NCBI GenBank assembly: GCA_003056245.1
Contig: MVDH01000001.1
Coordinates: 158,794-222,793, forward strand
Length of the DNA: 64,000 nt
Reading direction: 5' to 3'
Source of the DNA: Cellvibrio sp. 79
GTDB lineage: Bacteria; Pseudomonadota; Gammaproteobacteria; Pseudomonadales; Cellvibrionaceae
Part shown: positions 1 through 9,171 of the stretch, one piece after another
Layout of the letters: the number at the start of each line of letters is the position of its first letter
How positions within the stretch are numbered: position 1 is the first letter of the stretch
Position numbers and translations under genes: made by a program
The notes under the pieces: model-generated
What the model was told of the DNA's origin: nothing
Seen by the model: the letters and a program-made list of their open reading frames with translations, nothing else
Databases searched by the model: none

Positions 1-830
1 TTGTATTTAAACGGATTGTATTCAGGTTGTTTACTTAACCAACGCTCGGAACTTAGCAAGGGAATGTGGCCGATGAGATCCACGCTTTTGCTGAGAACCG
101 CAAATTTACTGACACCAAACATGGGGGAAAGCAGAACCAGTTTTTTGGGTTGCGGCAATTTTTTATCGAGCTGGGCGTTGAGCGTATAATCCACTGCCAG
201 AGCTGCTCCAGTAGAATAACTTACGAAATAAATATTGTTATTTTCCCCCAATTGCATTTGTAATTCACGCATCGCCAGCTTTGTTACTGCCGCCCAATCT
301 TCCCATTGCACATTGAGCAATCCGCTTGGCAGGGTACCGTGTCCCGGCAGGCGTGCGGCAATCACATAAAACCCTTGTTCCTGAAAATGCAGTGCAAGGC
401 TGCGCACCGTATAAGGCGAATCGCTTAAGCCGTGCAGCATGACAATACCGCCACGCATTTGCGTTGGCTTTAATACAAAGCTGCGATTCCAGTTGTTGAT
501 AATTTTATGTTGATTGGCGGCGTTGGGTAATGCGCGATTATTATCAATATGGTTGAACGAATTGAGCAGTGAATCTTGCTGATAGCGGTAGGCATCTGTA
601 CGTGGGTTATCTGCAAGTACCTTGTGCAATTGCGCGAACAGGCGATCTTCCTGCGCGAGATAATCCTTCCATTGATAGTCCGCCGTTAAATCTGCGGTGG
701 AAAATTCTTCATCGAGAATTATGCGGTGCCATGGGGCTGCGCTTTTCAGGGTGCTACACCCTGTTAAGATTAGAAAACAACAGGCAGTTAACAACAGGCG
801 TTGTGTGTATGAAATCAGTCCATCGTGCAT
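1..830 (-). CDS. Alpha/beta-hydrolase (esterase/lipase-like) lipoprotein; 3' end runs off the window
   Basis: Not in the ORF track (no stop in window). Manual translation from ATG at 830: MHDGLISYTQRLLLTACCFLILTGC (lipobox) ... GGIVMLHGLSDSPY ... RLPGHGT ... FVSYSTGAALA (nucleophile elbow). Confidence 0.85.
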   Translation of the reverse strand, partial: MHDGLISYTQRLLLTACCFLILTGCSTLKSAAPWHRIILDEEFSTADLTADYQWKDYLAQEDRLFAQLHKVLADNPRTDAYRYQQDSLLNSFNHIDNNRALPNAANQHKIINNWNRSFVLKPTQMRGGIVMLHGLSDSPYTVRSLALHFQEQGFYVIAARLPGHGTLPSGLLNVQWEDWAAVTKLAMRELQMQLGENNNIYFVSYSTGAALAVDYTLNAQLDKKLPQPKKLVLLSPMFGVSKFAVLSKSVDLIGHIPLLSSERWLSKQPEYNPFKY

Positions 831-847
831 AGGAAATTCCAATGAGA

Positions 848-1690
848 TTAGCTGTGAAATTTTTCAGATGAAAATGTGTTATTCGGTTTTTCTTTATTAT
901 TATTTTTTTCATGAACATTTTCGTCATGGAGAAAATGTCCCTGCTGCAAATAATAGAGGCTCTGGCGAATACTGGTTTTGTCTTTCATGATAAACGGATG
1001 GGATACAGGCAACGCGATAAAATCGTGCATGCCGTCAATTTTAGTATTTTCCAACGAAACTTTTCCGTCATCCGGGTTGGGTAAATACAATGACAGTATC
1101 CAGTTAATACTGCGGGTGCCAGCAATAACACCAAGATCGAACGTTACTGGCCCGAGTTGCAATGGAACACTCTCCGGGTTTGTCCCCAACTCTTGTCCGG
1201 CGGGACCATTCATTAAGGAAAAACCGGGAACATTTTTCAATTTATCCACAACCTGGCTGCCCTGGTTGGGCGGTGCAAACATTACTACACGGCTCAATTC
1301 GGGAATGCTGTTGGTTGCCAGGTACTGGCGCAATAAAATTCCACCGAGCGAGTGGGTTATAAAATGAATACGCGGCGCGGCCTGTGCGCGACAAAGGGCT
1401 AGTGCCGGCGGAATCGCTTTTTCGGCGAGTTGTGCAACCGGAAATTTGCGTGACGGGTAACCCTGGTTTACCACACGATAATTTGCGGCGAGTAATTCAT
1501 CGGCTAATGGTTGCATGGATTTCGTAGTGCGCGCCAACCCATGTAGCAAGATTACACAGTCTTTACCTTGTATTTGAGTATCGGTGTCTGCTTGTACGTT
1601 AGGCGAGCAAGAACCGGCAAACAGAGCTATAAATAACCAAAAGCCGATGGTTAGTTGCTCGCGAGAAAAAAAACGATATATAAAGTGCAT
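848..1690 (-). CDS. Alpha/beta-hydrolase (lipase/esterase-like), probably exported
   Basis: LLHGLAR oxyanion motif, ITHSLGG nucleophile elbow, PPNQGS and DDGKV motifs. Start moved to Met46 (1690) because the longer ORF overlaps the divergent TatD gene. Confidence 0.85.
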   Translation of the reverse strand: MHFIYRFFSREQLTIGFWLFIALFAGSCSPNVQADTDTQIQGKDCVILLHGLARTTKSMQPLADELLAANYRVVNQGYPSRKFPVAQLAEKAIPPALALCRAQAAPRIHFITHSLGGILLRQYLATNSIPELSRVVMFAPPNQGSQVVDKLKNVPGFSLMNGPAGQELGTNPESVPLQLGPVTFDLGVIAGTRSINWILSLYLPNPDDGKVSLENTKIDGMHDFIALPVSHPFIMKDKTSIRQSLYYLQQGHFLHDENVHEKNNNKEKPNNTFSSEKFHS

Positions 1691-1766
1691 AATGACAATG
1701 TACAGAAAGAAACCCGTATGCAGAAAAAACAGTGTGCAGAAAGAAACCAGCACAGGGTAGCCGCAA

Positions 1767-2567
1767 ATGCCATTTTTTGACAGCCATTGCCACTTCGACT
1801 TTGCCGAATTTGATGCGGATCGCACGCAATTGTGGCAACGGGCGATGGCATTGGGAGTGAATGGATTACTTGTACCGGGAATTGAACCCGCGCAATGGCC
1901 AGCGGCGCAAACACTGAGCCGGCAATTACCGGAGTGTTATTTTGCCTTGGGGATTCACCCCTGGTGGATCAGCAAAATTGCCACAGATCCGTTAGCTTTA
2001 CACTTTTATGCATACCAGATGTCGTTGTTATTGGATGAAGACAAAACCAGTAACCAGCCGCATTGTATTGCTATTGGTGAGGCGGGGCTGGATAAAAATA
2101 TTGATACACCTATCGAACAGCAGCTTGATCTGCTTGACTGGCATATTGACCTTGCCAATCAGTTTCACCTTCCGCTTATTGTCCACAGTGTAAAAACCCA
2201 TAACGAATTGATTGCCCACTGTAAAAAAAATCCCCCGTTATATGGTGGGGTGGTGCATGCATTTAGTGGCAGTTATGAAACCGCAATGCAATTGATTGAT
2301 ATGGGGTTTTATTTGGGCGTGGGCGGCACAATTAGTTATGACCGCGCGCAAAAAACGCGAGCGACTTTTGCGCGTGTGCCATTGGAATCGGTATTGTTGG
2401 AAACCGATGCGCCGGATATGCCACTTTGTGGCGAACAAGGACAACGTAATAGCCCTGAAAATTTACCGCGCATCGCACAATTATTTGCGGAGCTCCGTAA
2501 CGAGAGTGTGGAAACAATAACGGCGAGTGTTTGGGAAAACACTCGCCGTTTATTTGCGCTTGCTTGA
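1767..2567 (+). CDS. TatD-family metal-dependent hydrolase/DNase (YjjV-like)
   Basis: DSHCH N-terminus, IGEAGLD, VHAFSGS and LLETDAPD motifs. Confidence 0.95.
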   Translation: MPFFDSHCHFDFAEFDADRTQLWQRAMALGVNGLLVPGIEPAQWPAAQTLSRQLPECYFALGIHPWWISKIATDPLALHFYAYQMSLLLDEDKTSNQPHCIAIGEAGLDKNIDTPIEQQLDLLDWHIDLANQFHLPLIVHSVKTHNELIAHCKKNPPLYGGVVHAFSGSYETAMQLIDMGFYLGVGGTISYDRAQKTRATFARVPLESVLLETDAPDMPLCGEQGQRNSPENLPRIAQLFAELRNESVETITASVWENTRRLFALA

Positions 2568-2584
2568 ATACTTTTTAAAATTGA

Positions 2585-3925
2585 CTACTTAACTGCAATC
2601 AATTGCGCTGGCGCATGTTGAGAGCTACGCACACAATTACGGCCCTGGGCTTTGGCGACATATAGTGCTTTATCGGCACGGCCAATAAAATCGGTTGGCG
2701 ATTCCCCCGACATTTGCTGCGCAACCCCGAAGCTGGCCGTGACTTTCAAACCTTTGGGCCATTCAGTCTCTTCAATGCAGCGGCGCAGTTTCTCCGCTAA
2801 ACCGAGTGCGCTATCCAGATTGGTTTCCGGACACGCCAACACAAATTCTTCTCCACCCCAACGAGCCAGAAGATCATGACCGCGCGTGTTGGCACTCAGT
2901 GTTTGCGAAAATACCAGCAACACCTGGTCACCGACATTGTGGCCATATTGATCATTAATTTTTTTGAAATGATCGATATCGATAAAAATTAATGACAGCA
3001 AAGATGGCCCGGTATCAGAATTTATTTGCTGGAACACCGGTGCCAGTCCCTCGCGGTTTAACACACCAGTCAGTGGATCGCGTGCTAAACGTTCTTCCAG
3101 TTTTTGCTGTTCCTGGTTCAATAATCTATTGAGTGATTCCAACTGCTGCTGGCGTTGCTGGTTGCTTTGCAACTCAAGTTTGGCTTTGCGTAAGGTATTT
3201 ACAAAATAAATCAAACCGAGGGCGGTCCAGATACTAATCAGCACCAGTAATAGTTGATGGTCACTTATATACTTTCCATGAAATTCGACGTGCTCAATAA
3301 TCATTTGGTATTTGCCCGGCGTAACACGCTCGCCTGTGGAAATTTGTACACCACGCACATCATCAAATTCCGGGCCCCAATAGTCAGGGGGGATCTTGCC
3401 CTGGCTCAACCACCAGGTAGGCACCTGCATATGGCTTAGCTCAATTATTTGCGGATAGCGGATATGGGTATCGTACAGTTCGATGGCATTGTACTTTTGC
3501 GAATTGGTATCGCCCGGATTTGCGTAAGCCGGGTTGAAATTCACTAGCTGAAAGCGAATACCAAAGTTTTGGGGTTCGGAATAATGGATGTGCAGTTCGA
3601 CCTCAGTGAAGCTGCTTAAATCGATACCACGACGGGTAACGTTATCAGTCAAAATGAAACTGATCTCGCAGTAGGGCCAGGCGTAGCTGGAGGTAATAAT
3701 CTCGCAATCCAGAATAAAACGTTCGCCATCACGGGTTAAATGGGCAATAGACGAACCACCATTGCCGCGATCATCGATAGTCTCGATACGCACGCCGGCA
3801 TCGGTTCCCAGTACCAGGGTTTTCTGTGGGCCATAGTATTGAAGGAGCAATAATATGAGGGTGATGAGAATCAGTAATCCAAGCAACCGGGCTTTTGTTA
3901 TATCTTGCTGGATGGCCATCGTCAT
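2585..3925 (-). CDS. Membrane-anchored diguanylate cyclase with periplasmic sensor domain
   Basis: Two TM segments flanking a ~190-aa periplasmic domain, then a coiled coil; DIDHFKKIND, RGHD I-site and GGEEF active site. Confidence 0.93.
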   Translation of the reverse strand: MTMAIQQDITKARLLGLLILITLILLLLQYYGPQKTLVLGTDAGVRIETIDDRGNGGSSIAHLTRDGERFILDCEIITSSYAWPYCEISFILTDNVTRRGIDLSSFTEVELHIHYSEPQNFGIRFQLVNFNPAYANPGDTNSQKYNAIELYDTHIRYPQIIELSHMQVPTWWLSQGKIPPDYWGPEFDDVRGVQISTGERVTPGKYQMIIEHVEFHGKYISDHQLLLVLISIWTALGLIYFVNTLRKAKLELQSNQQRQQQLESLNRLLNQEQQKLEERLARDPLTGVLNREGLAPVFQQINSDTGPSLLSLIFIDIDHFKKINDQYGHNVGDQVLLVFSQTLSANTRGHDLLARWGGEEFVLACPETNLDSALGLAEKLRRCIEETEWPKGLKVTASFGVAQQMSGESPTDFIGRADKALYVAKAQGRNCVRSSQHAPAQLIAVK

Positions 3926-4191
3926 TGATCAACCGCAGTAAATATGTTGAGAACAGTAAAGCACAGTTTTTTGCCCGCTCAAAGAGCGTCTTGCTGCTGG
4001 TTTAAAATAATTCTCTTTTTATAACTTTTATCTGACGTTTCAAGATTGATCGATATGGCAACTATGCAGTTGGTGCTAAGTTGAAAATCCATCAAGTGGT
4101 AAAAAGTAACAACGTTCAGGTCGTGGTCAAATTGCTATCGCTTGCCAGATAGTCAACTTGACCAACGTTGTCATTAGTGTTTTATCGTGTT

Positions 4192-5334
4192 TTACGGATT
4201 TTTCAGGTTTTGGTGGATGCTATTCAGCAAGCCGTCGCTATTGGTGTCATGTGGCAATTGCCAGAACATGATGCCGCCCAATTTGTGCTTGCGCACATAG
4301 CTGACTTTTTCACCCATAGATCTTTGGTCGTCAAAGGTGGCAAATATTTTTTGCTTCGGGTTATAAGCGTAAGGAGCTTTGGCGACATCATCCCAGTAAT
4401 AGGTAAATCCTGCTGATGGCGCATAGCGTTCAGGAAACTCTTTATATTTAGCACCGTCAATATGGACTCCGTCCTGATAGAGGCCGTTATTAGCCATGCT
4501 TACTTCCTTCCAGCTGCGTGCGTAAAAGGCCGTACCAATCACAATTTTTTCCGGCGCCACTCCCAGGCTCAGCAGCTTCTGTACTGCATTATCCGTAGAG
4601 TCTTTTTGCTGTGGCGTAGAGTAGAGTGCGGTGTGGTGACCGGTGTGTGGCGTGGCGCCGTTCACTATATCGTAAGTCATCAGGTTGACGTTGTTCAGTA
4701 GCGGCATAATGGTTTGCCAATCCACTGCGGTTTCCAGGAATTTATCAAAACCGCCCGCTGCAAAACTCAATTCGTGTTTATCGCCCACTGTATTGCGCAG
4801 CTCGCGTATCAATTCACTGAAGTTGTTGCGGTCATGTGGTGCAAATTTATGGCCGGGGTAACCTTCAATAGTGGGATATTCCCAATCCAGATCGATACCG
4901 TCCGCGTTGTAATCCTTAATAATTTTCAGCGTGGATTGTGCGAATATCTTGCGATTGGCAGCGGAATTAAATACATCGGAGCAGGTTTCGCATCCACCCC
5001 AACCGCCGAGCGACAGCAACACTTTTAAATGGGGATAAGTTTGCTTAAGTGCGACCAACTTGCGCATGGCTTCCTGGTCTTTAGCAGAATCAAAATGTAA
5101 TTCATTGCCCTTTAAATGCAGGAAGCTATAAATAATATGGGTGAGTTGGTTGAAGTTATAGCGCTCCAAATCCGAACCATCACCCATGTAATAAGCAATG
5201 ACTTTTACTGAATCTGTTGTTGCCACAGGTCTCGGCTCCTGATTGGTTGCCGGATGTTTTGGTGGTGTTTGGCTACAGGCCGATAATAACCAACCAAATG
5301 CAATTAATAGTGCGCAGCGAAAAACTGGTTTCAT
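4192..5334 (-). CDS. GH18 chitinase, lipoprotein
   Basis: Lipobox LSAC; SLGGWG, DGIDLDWEYP (DxDxE), LMTYD and GGIMFW motifs. Confidence 0.95.
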   Translation of the reverse strand: MKPVFRCALLIAFGWLLSACSQTPPKHPATNQEPRPVATTDSVKVIAYYMGDGSDLERYNFNQLTHIIYSFLHLKGNELHFDSAKDQEAMRKLVALKQTYPHLKVLLSLGGWGGCETCSDVFNSAANRKIFAQSTLKIIKDYNADGIDLDWEYPTIEGYPGHKFAPHDRNNFSELIRELRNTVGDKHELSFAAGGFDKFLETAVDWQTIMPLLNNVNLMTYDIVNGATPHTGHHTALYSTPQQKDSTDNAVQKLLSLGVAPEKIVIGTAFYARSWKEVSMANNGLYQDGVHIDGAKYKEFPERYAPSAGFTYYWDDVAKAPYAYNPKQKIFATFDDQRSMGEKVSYVRKHKLGGIMFWQLPHDTNSDGLLNSIHQNLKNP

Positions 5335-5592
5335 AAATCCCTCGTCGGATATTCAACGATTATTGGTTTTAGTAAAAAACACGAGAGACCGGGTAGTGGT
5401 AAGCATGTCTGCAATTCTTGGTGTGCAGATCTGCTCTGTATTTTACTCTTTGGCATCTCTGCTGCCAGAGTGGGCACAGGTAAAGTTAAATAAAGATCAG
5501 TACCCGATCTGCTATTTTTTCGATTGCCAACTGGTTCACAGCGGCGTTTAATGCATGCATCCCGATGTTATGAAACCGATACAGAACCCACT

Positions 5593-6012
5593 ATGCAACA
5601 CGACGATTTATCTTCCATTTCCATCTCCCGGTTGCTCGCAGCGGACAACTGGCAGCAGCAATATAAATTAATCATCCAATGGGGAAAATTATTGTCACCC
5701 AAACCGGAAATTCGCACAGCGGAAAACCTAATTCGCGGCTGTGAGTTACCAGTATGGTTGACCTGCACACAATGTGCCGGAAAATTATATTTTTCCTTCG
5801 ATGCAGATAGCAGTGTTATCAAAGGGCTTGCTGCGTTGTTGTTAGTGCAAATCAACGATAAAACTCTGGTCGAATTGGCCGATCTGGATCTTGCGGAGAG
5901 TTTGCAATTACTTGGGTTGGAAAAGCATTTAACGCCATCGCGTAGTAATGGTTTTAATGGGATTATTTCGCGTGTTTATGAGTTACTAAAAGTCGCTGAT
6001 AAATTGTTTTAA
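5593..6012 (+). CDS. SufE/CsdE-family sulfur acceptor
   Basis: NLIRGCELPVW (conserved Cys), FDADSSVIKGL, LTPSRSNG. Start placed at Met24 of the ORF. Confidence 0.9.
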   Translation: MQHDDLSSISISRLLAADNWQQQYKLIIQWGKLLSPKPEIRTAENLIRGCELPVWLTCTQCAGKLYFSFDADSSVIKGLAALLLVQINDKTLVELADLDLAESLQLLGLEKHLTPSRSNGFNGIISRVYELLKVADKLF

Positions 6013-6041
6013 TCCTGTTGAAGGTAATTTGGAAAGAATCT

Positions 6042-6422
6042 ATGGAAAATCTTGATCAGGCATTAGATTTAATGGTTGATAGGTTGTTGGAGTATGACGA
6101 AATTGCCTTTCTTGATCTGGTTCAATTTGTTTGGCGGCGAGGATGGAAGTTGGAAAATGCAACTATTCCAGAATCAAAAGATCCGTTGCGAAAAGCACTC
6201 GGGGCTTCATTAGTTGAGCGTATGGTTGAGGTTTGGAATGCGCCGCCCAAAAATAGTGATGAAAAAGTACCTGTGTGGTGTGAGGGCGTCCCTGCCGTGT
6301 TTGATCGGTTTTGGGTTGTAAAGCCAGAAGATCGGAATTTATGGGAGTCGGAGCCTGCTAATGCTATCTTTGCAAAAAGAAATATATTTGCACCTAAGGA
6401 GTTTATGTTTTTTTATGAGTAA
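6042..6422 (+). CDS. Hypothetical protein, possibly an orphan immunity protein
   Basis: Open 127-codon frame in an AT-rich block; no recognisable motif. Confidence 0.6.
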   Translation: MENLDQALDLMVDRLLEYDEIAFLDLVQFVWRRGWKLENATIPESKDPLRKALGASLVERMVEVWNAPPKNSDEKVPVWCEGVPAVFDRFWVVKPEDRNLWESEPANAIFAKRNIFAPKEFMFFYE

Positions 6423-6604
6423 TATTGCCTGACAGTTATACCGGGGTTCACGGATGTTACATGCGGTATTTGTGCAAAGATTCAAATAAATTTCATGTGA
6501 CTGATAAGGGTGTCGCTTTATCGGTTTATTCTATGTACTAATATATACAATCTTGTTGTTCTTAGATGTGCTTTTAAATTTTAAAGAATTAATTATTCAA
6601 GGAG

Positions 6605-6988
6605 ATGTTTATGTTACCAAAAGAGTTTTTTATTCTACCAGAAGAGCTTTTTCGGCTTGGAAATTTGAATGAACCTAAGTTGTCAAATGTTCGTTCAAGG
6701 GACGTGGATACGATAAATATACATGGCATCACTGTTATAAAAGCTAATGGAAAAGGAGTTAGTGTTTTTGATAAAAAAGGTATAAATGAAACTCCGATGA
6801 CTGGTTGGGTTTGGCGTTTTTCTCCTAATACTCAGCCTCCCGTTGGTTTAAAGTTAGTACAAGATAAGCCGCATCATTATTGTATAGCCCCTACTCATAA
6901 TATGCCTATTGATAAGTATAAAGGCTTGCTTGAAGAAATGGCTTTAAAAGCTACGCGGGTATTTAAAAAAGAAGGTAAAGCAGTATGA
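6605..6988 (+). CDS. Putative Tse2-like (ADP-ribosyltransferase-fold) toxin
   Basis: LFRLGN (strand-1 Arg), GKGVSVF (Ser motif), later HYCIAP..NMP; RBS AGGAG; ATGA overlap with a small acidic gene. Assignment from recalled pattern only. Confidence 0.5.
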   Translation: MFMLPKEFFILPEELFRLGNLNEPKLSNVRSRDVDTINIHGITVIKANGKGVSVFDKKGINETPMTGWVWRFSPNTQPPVGLKLVQDKPHHYCIAPTHNMPIDKYKGLLEEMALKATRVFKKEGKAV

Positions 6989-7218
6989 GTAATTTTCAAA
7001 TCGAATTGGTAGAGTCAGAGCTAAAAATAGTTCTGGAAGCTTTGGTAGAGATGGAAGAACGTAAAAACTCCATTTGTGAAAAATCTAATGACGATGATGA
7101 GATTGCGGATGTTGGTAATGAACTCATAGAGCTTCGCTTGCTGTTAAAGCCTCTTAGAGAAAAAGCGATAGAAAAATATGGAAATAGTATCGTTAATTTT
7201 TCTCGTGAATTGCTCTAA
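6985..7218 (+). CDS. Small acidic two-helix protein, putative cognate immunity (Tsi2-like)
   Basis: 77 aa, Glu/Asp-rich, two predicted helices around NDDDE; translationally coupled to the upstream ORF. Confidence 0.5.
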   Translation: MSNFQIELVESELKIVLEALVEMEERKNSICEKSNDDDEIADVGNELIELRLLLKPLREKAIEKYGNSIVNFSRELL

Positions 7219-7245
7219 AGGCATTTTCGACAACTGCGGTATCAA

Positions 7246-7276
7246 AAAGGCGGCCCAAACGGCCGCCTTCATTTTT
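7246..7276. terminator. Bidirectional intrinsic terminator
   Basis: aaaaaggcggcc-caaac-ggccgccttcatttttt between convergent genes. Confidence 0.75.
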
Positions 7277-7277
7277 T

Positions 7278-7595
7278 CTACTTCCCCATTTGCTTTTTAA
7301 GATGCAAATCGATCCTGTTGATAACATTCACAATACTATTAAGCACTACCGAAGGTAATTTCACATCACCTTCGATTTTATCGAGCAATACTTCCAGCAA
7401 GCAGGCCTGGCACCACAATTGGTAAACAGTATCTTCATTTGTGTTGTTGGGTATTGGCCAGGCGATTACGGTAAGGAATTTACCTTCGGGGGAATGAATT
7501 TCAAGTCGAGAATGTTTGTAAGCTTCGTATTGAAATTGATCGAGCTTAATAATGCAGGGGAGTGGAGGAGCAGGAAGGGAGCTCGTATTATCCAT
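7278..7595 (-). CDS. Hypothetical protein downstream of a structured leader
   Basis: 105-aa frame from Met14; bounded by a terminator downstream and a structured leader upstream. Confidence 0.5.
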   Translation of the reverse strand: MDNTSSLPAPPLPCIIKLDQFQYEAYKHSRLEIHSPEGKFLTVIAWPIPNNTNEDTVYQLWCQACLLEVLLDKIEGDVKLPSVVLNSIVNVINRIDLHLKKQMGK

Positions 7596-7636
7596 AATAA
7601 AAATCTCGTTGAATTGGGTTTTAACCGACCCCATAA

Positions 7637-7730
7637 GGTGAGACTTTTTGGGGGCGGACTGAGCAGGGGTCTCACCACCGGTCCCAATTCAACACCGGCC
7701 CGCCCGAAGGCGGCCCCGCCCAGCCGCCAT
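7637..7730 (-). ncRNA. c4/Ash-type structured RNA leader (candidate)
   Basis: Minus strand: ggcggctgggcgggg pairs with cccctgctcagtccgcc, enclosing a ccgcc-TTCG-ggcgg hairpin and a ccggt...accgg stem; alternative ggtgagac...gtctcacc stem. Confidence 0.45.
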
Positions 7731-7772
7731 AACATCAGGCAAAGCTGTACGAGGACACGTAATGTAGCGCGG

Positions 7773-8324
7773 ATGTATCATCCAAAACTCGGACGCTTCT
7801 TGCAAACGGATCCGATTTTTTACGCAGACAATATGAATATGTATGCGTATGTGGGAAATGATCCGGTTAATTTAAAAGACCCAACAGGCATGTGCCCTGC
7901 CTGCGTTATTATTGTTGCGCGTGAAGCATTAAAGAAATCCGCTCAAGAGGCAGCAAAAAAGATAGCGCAGGAGGCGGCGAAGAAAAAAGCAAAAGAAGAA
8001 GTTAAGGACGCTGCCAAAGGTAATGGTCCTAAACCAAATGGTGGTGATGCAAAACCTCATGGAAATGAAAAGCATAATAATGCTATTGACAAAAAGGTCG
8101 ACGAATTAAAGAAAGATCCTTCAGTGACCAATATTCGAAAAAATCAACAACAAGTCGATAAAGACGGTAATAAGGTAGGTACCAACAGACCTGATGTTCA
8201 GTACGATAAAGATGGCTGCCACCATTGTGTAGAATACGATAACGTTCCTAAAAATAGTGAAAACCACGGAACTGTCATTGGAGCTAATGACCCTGATGCG
8301 GTAATTGAATTAAATTTACTGTGA
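7773..8324 (+). CDS. Orphan Rhs core C-terminus with toxin domain (putative PD-(D/E)xK-like nuclease)
   Basis: RMYHPKLGRFLQTDP...YAYVGNDPVNLKDPTG Rhs-associated core and DPxG junction, then a C-terminal domain with NRPDVQY...VEYD. No YD repeats upstream. Confidence 0.85.
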   Translation: MYHPKLGRFLQTDPIFYADNMNMYAYVGNDPVNLKDPTGMCPACVIIVAREALKKSAQEAAKKIAQEAAKKKAKEEVKDAAKGNGPKPNGGDAKPHGNEKHNNAIDKKVDELKKDPSVTNIRKNQQQVDKDGNKVGTNRPDVQYDKDGCHHCVEYDNVPKNSENHGTVIGANDPDAVIELNLL

Positions 8325-8332
8325 ATTAATTT

Positions 8333-8776
8333 ATGAACAATGAGATATCAACACTTTTAAATAAGCTTGATGGTTCTGGATCTGATTCAGAATACAAGGC
8401 TGTGGATGAACTTAGGCAGCTGGGTAATCAATTGCCGGCTCTGTTATATCAAAAATATAAACAGTCTAAAAAGTGGGGGCAAAGGGCATCCTGTCTTTAT
8501 CACTCAACCCGATATGCTAGAGATGTGGAAGATGCTGTGATGTTGGGAGTTCTTGCGCTAAATGATAAGTCAAAAGCAGTGAGATACCGTGCGTGTATGC
8601 TTTTGGCTTATTCACTTAATTTGGAAGTGCTTCCTGCTCTTGAGCAAGCGAAAATATCAACAGATAGTGAAACATTAAAAGATATAAATGCTGCGATAGA
8701 TGCTATCAAACATCAAAATAGCAATTATTTTGTTGATCGATCTCATTCTGGCAAGATTAGTTTAAATGTTAATTAA
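8333..8776 (+). CDS. HEAT-repeat protein, putative Rhs immunity
   Basis: Starts 8 nt after the toxin stop; HEAT-like ALNDKSKAVRYRACMLLAY. Confidence 0.7.
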   Translation: MNNEISTLLNKLDGSGSDSEYKAVDELRQLGNQLPALLYQKYKQSKKWGQRASCLYHSTRYARDVEDAVMLGVLALNDKSKAVRYRACMLLAYSLNLEVLPALEQAKISTDSETLKDINAAIDAIKHQNSNYFVDRSHSGKISLNVN

Positions 8777-8796
8777 ATTCTGAAAGTCCATTTCAA

Positions 8797-9037
8797 AACC
8801 CCGGCCAGCATGCTGCCCGGGGTTTTGTTTTTATAAGCGTTTGAGTTTGCCCGTCACTCCGCCGTCAACACCAAGCACCCCCTGCATGACCCGAATCGTC
8901 ATCGGCGAATCAATGTTGAATCCCGCCTGCTCCAACCAATGCCCTTTCAGTTACAACCAGGGCACGGTGGCCTGTGGCGGGTACTATGTCTTTCGCCGGT
9001 AGTCGTAAGTGATGCACCCGGTCTTGATCCTGCGAAT
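8797..9037. repeat. ~240-bp direct repeat, copy 1 (terminator hairpin plus symE 3' part)
   Basis: Aligns by eye to 9791-10030 with scattered substitutions and one 1-nt indel. Confidence 0.95.
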
Positions 9038-9079
9038 GTGACAGGGTGGTGTTGCTTGCGTAGAATCGCGTCTAGCCAT
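8854..9079 (-). pseudogene. symE: SymE-family type I toxin pseudogene
   Basis: MARRDST...RKT*YPPQATVPWL*LKGHWLEQAGFNIDSPMTIRVMQG; two in-frame stops and a +1 frameshift before CLVLTAE*; RBS AGGAG. Confidence 0.85.
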
Positions 9080-9171
9080 TGTTGACTCCTTCTTAGTCAG
9101 TGGTGGTTAGCTGGTCATGGGTGTTAGCGCACCTTTGGCCAGCGTCTTTGTAAACCTGTTTAAAATCCCCG

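Noticed and set aside
1691-1825. Long N-terminal extension of the second hydrolase
   Set aside because: Overlaps the divergent TatD gene; Met46 gives a plausible export signal.
7419-7772. N-terminal 118 codons of the 301-aa Rhs ORF
   Set aside because: They overlap the opposite-strand gene and the structured leader and have no Rhs/YD character; Rhs similarity starts only at about 7765.
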